NCBI GenBank assembly: GCA_964429575.1
Contig: CAYSCX010000008.1
Coordinates: forward strand, 16,217 to 80,216
DNA: 64,000 nucleotides
From: an uncultured Candidatus Binatia bacterium
GTDB lineage: Bacteria; Desulfobacterota; Binatia; Binatales; Binataceae
Direction: 5' to 3'
How positions within the stretch are numbered: the first letter of the stretch is position 1; every line of letters begins with the position of its first letter. The notes under the pieces were generated by a model. That model was not told the DNA's origin. It ran no database searches and was given only the letters and a program-made list of their open reading frames with translations. Below are positions 19,008-26,408 of this stretch, one piece after another. The translations under genes and the position numbers were made by a program.

Positions 19008-21599
19008 GTGGCGGCCGAACGCGACGAATTATATCTGATCGATGGCTCCGGATACCTCTTCCGCGCCTTTTTCGCGCTGCCGCCTCTGAGCAATTCGCGC
19101 GGACTCCCCACCAACGCCATCTACGGGTTCGTGCGGATGCTGCTCAAGCTTCTCAAGGACGCGCGCCCCACGCATATCGCGGTCGCATTCGACTCGGAGA
19201 AGAAGACATTTCGTGACGACCTGTTCGTCGATTACAAGGCCAACCGGCCGCAGATGCCCAACGACCTCGCGGCGCAGATACCGTACATCCACCGGGCGGT
19301 CGAAGCGCTGCGAATTCGCAAGCTAATCCGCGACGGCTTCGAGGCGGACGACTTGATTGGGACGTTGGCCGTGCGCGCCGCGCGCGCGGGATTCGAGGTG
19401 GTCGTCGCCACCGCCGACAAGGACTTCATGCAGTTGGTGGGTCCGCACATTTCGCTGGTTGACTCGATGCGCGACAAGCACACCACCGTGAAGGAGATCC
19501 GCGAGCGCTTCGGAGTCGAGCCGCACCAGCTAATCGACATCATGGCGCTGACCGGCGACGCCATCGACAACGTGAAGGGCGTGCCGGGTATCGGCGAGAA
19601 GACCGCATCGGCACTCATCCAGAAATTCGGCTCACTCGAGGAGATCTACCGCGACCTTTCGCGCGTGGAACAGACTGACATCCGCGGCGCGAAGAAAGTC
19701 GCGCAGCTTCTCGCCGGGCATCGCGCCGATGCGGAACTCGCGCGCAAGCTCGTTACCATCGATACCGGCGCGCCGGTCGAGTTCGAGCCGCACCAGCTCG
19801 ACTGGCCGGGCATCGACAAGGACGCCGTCGCCAACCTGCTGCGCGAGCTCGAGTTTCATTCGATGCTCGCGGAGTTGGCGCCATCGCAGGCGAATCTTTT
19901 CGAGCCTCAAGAGGTGCCCGCGGCCGCGCGCGCCTCCGAAGCTGACGTTCCCCGCATCATCGAAGAACTCCGAGCTTCAACGCGAATCTCCTTCGATCTC
20001 AGCGAACTTGAGGACGACAAAAAAGTCCTTAAGATCAAGGGCGACGCCGCGACGCATGTCGTTGATGAAGAGCACATCCCGCGCCTGGCGCCGGTGCTCT
20101 GCGCACAGTCGCCACCGAAGTCCTGCCATGACTTGAAGCATCACATCGGCGCTCTGAAAACTCTGGGCGTGACACTGTGCGGCGTCGATTTCGACACGAT
20201 GCTCGCCGGTTTCCTGGTGAACTCGTCGCGCGCGGAACCGACGCTGGGCGAACTGTATCGCGAACATCTCGCGCCGCTCGGCGGACGCGGCGTCAATGCG
20301 AGCGAGCCGGAATTGATCGCCGCGCTCCGCGACGTGCTGATGCCGCGCCTCGAACACGACGGCCTCATACCGCTGTTCAACGAAATCGAAATGCCGATGG
20401 CGCCGGTGCTTGCTGAAATGGAAGCGGCGGGCATCGGAGTGGATGCGATAGCGCTCCGGCAGATTTCGACGGAGTTTGCCGAACAGACCGCGCGGCTGGA
20501 ACGCGAGTGCTACGAACTGGCAGGGCGCGAGTTCAATCTGAACTCACCCACCCAGCTTCGCGACCTCCTGTTCGATCATTTGAAACTCTCCGTAAAAGGC
20601 CTGAAAAAAACCAAGAGCGGCTTCTCAACCGACGCCGACACGCTCGAAAAGCTCTCTTCGTCCCATCCTCTGCCGGCCAAATTGCTCGAATATCGCGCGA
20701 TCTCGAAGCTCAAGTCGACGTACACCGACGCGCTCGAACAACTGATCGATCCGGCGACCGGCCGCGTCCACACCACCTTCCACCAAGCCCTCACCGCGAC
20801 CGGCCGGCTCAGTTCGAGCGACCCGAATCTTCAAAACATTCCCGCGCGCAGCGAAGAGGGCCGCCGCATTCGCCGCGCATTCGTGCCGAAGCCCGGCTGC
20901 GTGTTCCTCTCCGCCGACTACTCCCAAATCGATCTCCGCGTCCTCGCGCATCTATCCGGCGACGCGACGCTGGTCGATGCATTCCAGCGCGGCGAGGACA
21001 TCCATGTGCGCACCGCGACCGAGTTGCTGGGCGTCAGCGCCGATCATGTCGATGCGAACGCGCGACGGATGGCGAAGACCATCAACTTCGGAATCATCTA
21101 CGGCATGGGACCGCAGCGGCTCGCCGCGAGTCTCGGCATCCCGCTGAAAGACGCGGCCGACTACATCAAGCGCTACTTCGAGCGTTTGCCCGGGGTTCGC
21201 GCATTCATGGACAACACCGTGCGCGAGGCTCGCGAGCGCGGTTACGTCGTGACCATGTATGGCCGCCGCCGCTACCTGCCCGAGTTGCAGGGCCCTGCGG
21301 GCGCCGGACGCGCGCAAGCCGAGCGCATCGCCGTCAACACTCCTATCCAGGGCAGCGCGGCAGACCTGATAAAGGTTGCCATGATAAGGCTCTACGACGA
21401 GCTCAAGAGCGGCAAAATGGATGCCCGGATGCTTCTGCAGGTGCATGACGAGTTGTTGTTCGAGGTGCCAGTCGGGGAGCTTGATGCGGCCGCGGAGGCC
21501 GCCCGTCGGCAAATGGAGGGGGTTGGCGAGCTGAAAGTGCCGCTCCGAGTCGATCTGAAATCCGGGCCGAACTGGGCTCAACTTGAAGGTCGGGATTGA
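19008..21599 (+). CDS. polA: DNA polymerase I
   Basis: 863 aa. 5' nuclease N-terminus (LIDGSGYLFRAFFA), polymerase motif A (LSADYSQIDLRVLA), motif B (RRMAKTINFGIIYG) and motif C (QVHDELLFE). Confidence 0.97.
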   Translation: MAAERDELYLIDGSGYLFRAFFALPPLSNSRGLPTNAIYGFVRMLLKLLKDARPTHIAVAFDSEKKTFRDDLFVDYKANRPQMPNDLAAQIPYIHRAVEALRIRKLIRDGFEADDLIGTLAVRAARAGFEVVVATADKDFMQLVGPHISLVDSMRDKHTTVKEIRERFGVEPHQLIDIMALTGDAIDNVKGVPGIGEKTASALIQKFGSLEEIYRDLSRVEQTDIRGAKKVAQLLAGHRADAELARKLVTIDTGAPVEFEPHQLDWPGIDKDAVANLLRELEFHSMLAELAPSQANLFEPQEVPAAARASEADVPRIIEELRASTRISFDLSELEDDKKVLKIKGDAATHVVDEEHIPRLAPVLCAQSPPKSCHDLKHHIGALKTLGVTLCGVDFDTMLAGFLVNSSRAEPTLGELYREHLAPLGGRGVNASEPELIAALRDVLMPRLEHDGLIPLFNEIEMPMAPVLAEMEAAGIGVDAIALRQISTEFAEQTARLERECYELAGREFNLNSPTQLRDLLFDHLKLSVKGLKKTKSGFSTDADTLEKLSSSHPLPAKLLEYRAISKLKSTYTDALEQLIDPATGRVHTTFHQALTATGRLSSSDPNLQNIPARSEEGRRIRRAFVPKPGCVFLSADYSQIDLRVLAHLSGDATLVDAFQRGEDIHVRTATELLGVSADHVDANARRMAKTINFGIIYGMGPQRLAASLGIPLKDAADYIKRYFERLPGVRAFMDNTVREARERGYVVTMYGRRRYLPELQGPAGAGRAQAERIAVNTPIQGSAADLIKVAMIRLYDELKSGKMDARMLLQVHDELLFEVPVGELDAAAEAARRQMEGVGELKVPLRVDLKSGPNWAQLEGRD

Positions 21600-21641
21600 C
21601 GGTTGGCCTGAATTTCGCCGCTCCGACCCGCGTCTAAGCCA

Positions 21642-22220
21642 TTGAGGAACCCTGGCCGCCAGGACGGCGACGAGTCCGCGCTCCTCGAGCGCGCTAAAAG
21701 AGGCGACACCGAAGCGTTCGCGGCTCTGGTCGAACGCTACCAACGGCGGGTCGTCGGCGTTGCGCTAGCGGTCGTGCACAATCAGGATGACGCGGTCGAA
21801 CTCGCACAGGAAGCGTTCGTCCGCGCCTTCCAGAACCTCAAGAAGTTTGAATCGCGCTCCAGTTTTTCCACATGGCTGTACCGCATCGCCGCCAACCTCT
21901 CGATCGACTTCCGCCGCCGCGAGGGTCGTCACGTCGTTCTTCGCGGTGAAGATGCCGCCGCGGAGATCAGCCGCATCCCGAGCGCCGAGGGAGACTCCTA
22001 CCGCGCAGCCGCGCGCAACGAACTCGGCCAGCGCATCCAGAGTGCCCTGCAACAGTTGACGCCGGAACATCGTGCCGTGATACTTTTACGAGAAGTAGAG
22101 GGACTGTCTTACGACGAGATTAGCGGCGTACTGCAAGTGCCGCGCGGCACGGTGATGAGCCGGCTGCACTACGCGCGCGGTCGCCTGCGCGTAATTCTCA
22201 AGGATCTGGCGGAGGGCTGA
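21642..22220 (+). CDS. ECF-type RNA polymerase sigma-70 factor
   Basis: Region 2 (FSTWLYRIAANLSIDFRRR) and region 4 (LSYDEISGVLQVPRGTVMSRLHYAR). TTG start. Confidence 0.9.
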   Translation: MRNPGRQDGDESALLERAKRGDTEAFAALVERYQRRVVGVALAVVHNQDDAVELAQEAFVRAFQNLKKFESRSSFSTWLYRIAANLSIDFRRREGRHVVLRGEDAAAEISRIPSAEGDSYRAAARNELGQRIQSALQQLTPEHRAVILLREVEGLSYDEISGVLQVPRGTVMSRLHYARGRLRVILKDLAEG

Positions 22221-22226
22221 GCAGTC

Positions 22227-22805
22227 ATGGCTGAATGTAGTGAAATTAGCCTGGTGCTCGGCGCCTTCGAGGACGGCGAGCTCGAGCCGCACGAGATGCA
22301 AGAAGTGGCGCGCCACCTCGCGCAGTGCGGCGGGTGCGAGAATGAACTGGCCGGCTACGCGACGGTCGGGCGTGAGCTGCGCGCGCTGCGCGTCGAACCC
22401 GACCTCACCGGATTCTCGGCCGCCGTTATTTCACGCATCCGCGAGAGCGAATCGCCGATTCGCGCCCGTATCGGACGCTCGCTCGGGCGCATCCGGGAGG
22501 AGTTGCAGTCCGCTCTCCCGACCGCCGCGCTCGCCGCGGCTGTCGCGATTCTGACCGCCGTGATCCTCACGCCCTACGCGGGCAGGATGCTCGACCGGGC
22601 TCTGCCCGGCTCCGAGCTGGCGCAGCTCGAGTCGGGCGCCGGCGTTGCGGCGGAGAACCTGGCCGCCGAAAGCGGCCGGATCGACTCTGCGGTTCACGAT
22701 TCACGTACCGTCATTTCACGGCTCGAGGCCCGCTTGCCGTCGGTGGCCGTGTGGAGCGAGCCACGCACCGATACGACCGTTATTTGGCTTGCCGATCAGC
22801 CCTAG
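22227..22805 (+). CDS. anti-sigma factor (zf-HC2 type), single-pass membrane
   Basis: HxxxCxxC motif (HLAQCGGCENE) near the N-terminus and a central TM segment (AALAAAVAILTAVILTP). Directly follows the ECF sigma gene. Confidence 0.8.
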   Translation: MAECSEISLVLGAFEDGELEPHEMQEVARHLAQCGGCENELAGYATVGRELRALRVEPDLTGFSAAVISRIRESESPIRARIGRSLGRIREELQSALPTAALAAAVAILTAVILTPYAGRMLDRALPGSELAQLESGAGVAAENLAAESGRIDSAVHDSRTVISRLEARLPSVAVWSEPRTDTTVIWLADQP

Positions 22806-22960
22806 CAGGGTGTTGAGAAAGGCCGTGAGTTCGAAGATTCCATCGACTGTGCGCTCAACACCCTGCCTGAAAGCTGGCTTCCTTCCTAATCTTCTCCCCC
22901 TCTGGGGGAGACGCGAGAGAGGGAGCAGGCTGTTGAAGATGCCTTCTTCAACAGCCTGCT
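22804..22960. repeat. family-1 palindromic intergenic repeat (two hairpins plus a CTCCCCC/GGGGGAG core), inverted orientation relative to the 34207 copy
   Basis: Hairpin GCAGGGTGTTGAG...CTCAACACCCTGC (22805-22866), palindrome CTCCCCC-TCT-GGGGGAG, and a 16-bp-stem hairpin AGCAGGCTGTTGAAGA/TCTTCAACAGCCTGCT (22924-22960). Same architecture as 34207-34390. Confidence 0.85.
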
Positions 22961-22965
22961 AAGTC

Positions 22966-23523
22966 ATGCCGTTTCGCCCAGTGACTCTCGGTGTCGTCGT
23001 CGCGGCGGTGTTCGCCATCGCGGGCGGCGCCGACGCACTGGCGCAAGAGCGTCCAGGTTGGGTTGATCTCCAGATCAATTGCGTCCTCGCCACCGACACC
23101 AATGAAGGCGTGGATGTCAAGCTCGCCGATATGAGCGACCGGCTCCGCTCGCTCTTCAGCTACACAACCTACCGCCTCGTCAGCCATCAGGACGGACTCA
23201 TCGAGTTCGGCACCGTGGTCGCGTTCACGCTTCCCGGCGGACGGATCCTCAACGTCCAGCCGCGCGGCATGGTCGATGACATGATCGCGATGCAACTCGT
23301 AATGTTTCAGGGCGCGGAGCCGATGATGACGACCGAGCTTCGGCTCAAGAACCGCGGCATGCTGATCGTCGGCGGCCCGCGCTACGAAAAGGGCATGCTG
23401 ATCGTCTCGATCGCGGCCAACACCACCAGGCGGCGCGACAAGAACAGGTTGCCGGCGGCGTCGGCCACTGCCGACGCCTCGCGAGGCGAGAAGGGCTCAC
23501 AGATTCCCGCCGCGCGCCGGTGA
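22966..23523 (+). CDS. secreted hypothetical protein downstream of the ECF/anti-sigma pair
   Basis: Signal-like N-terminus (VTLGVVVAAVFAIAGGADALA). No family recognised. Confidence 0.55.
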   Translation: MPFRPVTLGVVVAAVFAIAGGADALAQERPGWVDLQINCVLATDTNEGVDVKLADMSDRLRSLFSYTTYRLVSHQDGLIEFGTVVAFTLPGGRILNVQPRGMVDDMIAMQLVMFQGAEPMMTTELRLKNRGMLIVGGPRYEKGMLIVSIAANTTRRRDKNRLPAASATADASRGEKGSQIPAARR

Positions 23524-23660
23524 TCAGCGCGGCCGCGCGTTGAGCGCGCCGTCCAGCCGTATCGTCTCACCGTTTAGGATCGCGTTTTCGACAATGTGAC
23601 GCGCCAGCGCCGCGTATTCGCGCGGCTGGCCGCCAAACTGCCGGTCGAAAAACGCCGTTA
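23524..23660 (-). pseudogene. C-terminal remnant resembling an SDR (3-hydroxyacyl-CoA dehydrogenase type), cut by the insertion
   Basis: The minus-strand frame reads ...[43 protein letters not shown]. This matches the conserved SDR C-terminal pattern (RLG-P-EYA...NG..IRLDGA). There is no upstream body. Confidence 0.6.
23647..23656. repeat. left copy of the 10-bp direct repeat GAAAAACGCC flanking the insertion
   Basis: Identical 10-mer at 26399-26408. Composition changes at this point. Confidence 0.6.
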
Positions 23661-24032
23661 AGACGCGCGTCGGTGTGTAGCCTCGGTGAAGTGTTCTTGA
23701 AGAGCGAGGGTACTGCTAGACGGTCGAGATTTTGGTCTAGACTGTTCTTTTTTCCAACGTCCAGTATCAAGCAGTTCAGGCGGCTGCTCGCGGCTCTTTC
23801 GCGAAACGGCGTTCTTTGTTATCTGCTTGCCTTGGCGCTTTTGAGCGACCCGCAACACGGGGAACTCGACACCTTCGCACAAGCAGGGCTTTCCTTCGGC
23901 GCCACCCGAAAGGATGTCCCACCAGTTCCTTCGTTGCTTGCTGCCGCGCGCGGCCATCTTGACCATAGCCTCGTCGATGAGGTTGACCACATCTTTATAG
24001 CCGTTATCGCTGAGCCATTTGCGGCAGGTCAT
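23658..24032 (-). CDS. hypothetical protein (124 aa), family unknown
   Basis: The ATG overlaps the stop of the upstream 274-aa gene (ATGA at 24029-24032). The N-terminal 75 aa look globular ([18 protein letters not shown]...[11 protein letters not shown]...FPVL). The C-terminal third is basic and low-complexity. The stop codon sits 1 nt inside the islet edge. Confidence 0.55.
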   Translation of the reverse strand: MTCRKWLSDNGYKDVVNLIDEAMVKMAARGSKQRRNWWDILSGGAEGKPCLCEGVEFPVLRVAQKRQGKQITKNAVSRKSREQPPELLDTGRWKKEQSRPKSRPSSSTLALQEHFTEATHRRAS

Positions 24033-24853
24033 ACTTCCTCCGGTTCGTCATCTTCAGCACCATCGTCATCTCCCAGGGATTGCCAGATATGAACTCGGTT
24101 CTGTCGTCCGGTCTCTATCATCCAGATTTGGTCCTCTCCGTTCACAAGCTGAATGATACTTCGAACGAAGAGGATCCGGAACAGAAAACGCACGTTTTGA
24201 AGCTCGTCTTCAGTTTTGTGCGGGAAGATGAACCGCGCGACGGCGGTCGTTTCGTCAATGAGATACTTCTCGCCCCGTTTCTGAATAGTCGCTACCTCAT
24301 CCTGAGTTCTGAGCTTTCCGGAACGAAATCGTCCGTCGACATGGTAAATGGAGTAGCCGACGAAGTGGTCCTCGATGAATCGTAAGATGTTCTCGAAATA
24401 GTTTTCATCAGAATCGTCGGAGAACTTGAGGTTTGTCTTTAGTTCAGGTGTGCCAATAGTCTTGAGTCGGGCAAGCAGACTGTCCTTGTAGAATAGTGCG
24501 TCGAGAGTCGTCCTCAAATGCGTCTCGTTGGTAAGAGGCATTAGGAAATCGTAAATCATTACGTCCGAGCTGCTCGGATCGTAGCTGGTGACGACGCGTC
24601 GGACTTGAGTGACGTGCCGCTTGAATTTTGGCCAACTTACGAATTTTCGGAATGCTTCGGATACTCGATACTGATCCGGCCCGATCTTCTCAATTAGGTC
24701 CTTGTAGTGCTTGCTAAGGTACGTGTTCAGCGTGCCGGGTTTTTCCCATCCGGTAGCCTCGCGGAATTCTTCCTTTGTGAATGGCTCCTGGGACTGTAGA
24801 TGCTCAAGAAGGAAGCGATGCGCCGCGCGTTGAGTGGTGTCGTCTGCCATCAC
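24029..24853 (-). CDS. hypothetical protein (274 aa), possible N-terminal wHTH, acidic C-terminal tail; family unknown
   Basis: Long clean ORF in lower-GC DNA, with GTG 24853 / ATG 24850 as possible starts. The tail [14 protein letters not shown] is strongly acidic. No catalytic motif recognised by eye. Confidence 0.65.
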   Translation of the reverse strand: MMADDTTQRAAHRFLLEHLQSQEPFTKEEFREATGWEKPGTLNTYLSKHYKDLIEKIGPDQYRVSEAFRKFVSWPKFKRHVTQVRRVVTSYDPSSSDVMIYDFLMPLTNETHLRTTLDALFYKDSLLARLKTIGTPELKTNLKFSDDSDENYFENILRFIEDHFVGYSIYHVDGRFRSGKLRTQDEVATIQKRGEKYLIDETTAVARFIFPHKTEDELQNVRFLFRILFVRSIIQLVNGEDQIWMIETGRQNRVHIWQSLGDDDGAEDDEPEEV

Positions 24854-25024
24854 ATTCGCTCATGGCGCCATGCGCCAGATCCGAATCGGCCGAAAACAAG
24901 TTGTCAAGCCTCGTAATTTTAGCCCTTCGGCGGTTTCCAATAAATAAGGGAATTTAGGCGGGCTTTGACGTAATATGGGCAACCAGTTCTCGGATCTCAG
25001 GGGCTGGCCGGGACTTCTGTCGAA

Positions 25025-25441
25025 TTAGAGCTTGCCCTGATTTGCTCTTGCGACGAAACCTTCGAGGGTCAGGATGTCAACCTTATCTGCGTCCACGAGA
25101 TACGATTTCAGACCGCCACCAACATAAAAGTTTCGTAACTTCCAACCCTCGCCGCCGAGTACAAGATATGCCTCGTCATAGGTGCCCTGGCGGACGGCGT
25201 CGGCTAGGCAGATAACCTCGAACGGAACTTTCTGCTCAGCTGTGCCGGACACTTGTTGCCATTTGAGCGACACTAAATATTTGAGTCCGTTCTTTTCGGC
25301 GATTACGTCGACGAAATGCCTGCCGCCGCCGAACCGATCACCGATATGTTGTTGTGTGAGATATGCGTAACCGCCGCGCTTGAGCGCGGGCAGAATCATC
25401 GCTTCGAGAACTCCGCCCGTTGTGGTGCTTCGCGGAGACAT
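25025..25441 (-). CDS. minimal PD-(D/E)xK-like nuclease (Hjc/VRR-NUC-like core), candidate restriction endonuclease
   Basis: 138 aa. E13 ... D45 (FVDVIA) ... S58-L-K60 (YLVSLKWQQVSGTAEQK) follows the E..D..(E/S)xK spacing of small PD-(D/E)xK nucleases. Its ATG lies 3 nt after the Dam stop. Confidence 0.5.
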   Translation of the reverse strand: MSPRSTTTGGVLEAMILPALKRGGYAYLTQQHIGDRFGGGRHFVDVIAEKNGLKYLVSLKWQQVSGTAEQKVPFEVICLADAVRQGTYDEAYLVLGGEGWKLRNFYVGGGLKSYLVDADKVDILTLEGFVARANQGKL

Positions 25442-25444
25442 TAC

Positions 25445-26257
25445 TTAGAAATTCTTGATCGCGAGAACCTCTCGAGCCGGTGTGCGATCGCCAGTGCAAC
25501 TGATCATACGAGGCGCCTCGAGAAAATTAAGTGTGAATTTTAGCTTCCGGTAGAGGGCCACAATTCGCTCAGTGGCTTGGTTCGAGAGTACGACTGGACC
25601 TGGGTGCTTCGCGAGCCACTCGGCTGCGCGTACCTGCTCCTCCCAACTGAATCCCTGCTTTGAATATTGCGTGAACTGGACGTCGTATGGTGGATCGGCG
25701 TAGACAAAATCGTCTGGTTCGAGAGGGACCACGGCGAAATCCATGTTTGCGAAGTCGCAGTTCGCGAAGAGTCTCCGATACGGCGTAAAGTCTCGCGTAT
25801 ACGTGATTTGCGCATATCGGCCGAATGGGACGTTGAAACCCCCGCTGCGATTGAATCTGCAGAGACCGTTGTAACCGGTTCGGTTGAGGTAGTAGAACAG
25901 CGCCGCGGCCTCCTCGCCATCGGCTTCGCCCTCCGCGAGAAGTTGGTTGAAGCGATCGCGTTGCTCGTAGTACGCGCGCTCCTTGTTAATCATCGCGACC
26001 GAGGTTTTCAGGCCGCGCTTGAGCGAGCGATAGAAATTTATCAGATGCGGATTGATATCGTTGAGTAATGCCTCGTCTGGAGAGAGTCCGGCGGTAACTG
26101 CAAGTCCCCCGCAAAACGGCTCTACGAGGCGACGATGTTTGTGATCAGCCCACAAAGCGCGCAAGTGTGGGACCTGCCACCGCTTCCCGCCGGCCCACTT
26201 CAACGGCGGCTTGAAATCGCCGTTCGCGTCCACCTTCCTCACCTTGCTCATCCCCAA
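25445..26257 (-). CDS. Dam-class (D12, alpha) DNA N6-adenine methyltransferase
   Basis: KWAGGK, EPFCGGLAV (FxGxG), NDINPHLI, YNGLCRFNRSGGFNVPFG and catalytic DPPY (VYADPPYD). The start is TTG 26257 or ATG 26251. Confidence 0.92.
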   Translation of the reverse strand: MGMSKVRKVDANGDFKPPLKWAGGKRWQVPHLRALWADHKHRRLVEPFCGGLAVTAGLSPDEALLNDINPHLINFYRSLKRGLKTSVAMINKERAYYEQRDRFNQLLAEGEADGEEAAALFYYLNRTGYNGLCRFNRSGGFNVPFGRYAQITYTRDFTPYRRLFANCDFANMDFAVVPLEPDDFVYADPPYDVQFTQYSKQGFSWEEQVRAAEWLAKHPGPVVLSNQATERIVALYRKLKFTLNFLEAPRMISCTGDRTPAREVLAIKNF

Positions 26258-26398
26258 TCATGGAGTTATCACAGGCTTTTCGATTGCGGAAATGGCTTTC
26301 ATGGTAGTTTCAACAGACGCTTAAGCTCCTCCCTGTGGCGGAGCTGGGATTCACAAATCGATTCCCCTCTCACTGGAGAGGCGCATCAATTCGTCCGT

Positions 26399-26408
26399 GA
26401 AAAACGCC
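26399..26408. repeat. right copy of the 10-bp direct repeat GAAAAACGCC
   Basis: Identical to 23647-23656. On the minus strand both copies encode A-F-F in the same codon phase. Confidence 0.6.

Larger units (their letters stand above)
23657..26398. mobile_element. 2.74-kb lower-GC inserted islet (Dam MTase, mini-nuclease and two unknown genes) with no recombinase
   Basis: Bounded by the 10-bp direct repeat. Joining the flanks restores one continuous minus-strand ORF. Composition is visibly lower than the flanks: a hand count of 24301-24360 gives 31/60 G+C. Confidence 0.6.

Noticed and set aside
22804-22960. Possibility that the repeated palindromes form a CRISPR array
   Set aside because: The copies are dispersed singly across the window (22.8, 30.8, 34.2 and 48.1 kb). 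There are no regularly spaced direct repeats with unique spacers, and no cas genes are present.
23716-23755. CTAGAC-N13-GTCTAG palindrome followed by a T-run (TTCTTTTTT) as a plus-strand terminator or an islet end structure
   Set aside because: The stem is only 6 bp. It lies about 190 nt past the nearest plus-strand stop and inside the 3' part of the 124-aa minus-strand ORF, so the evidence is insufficient.
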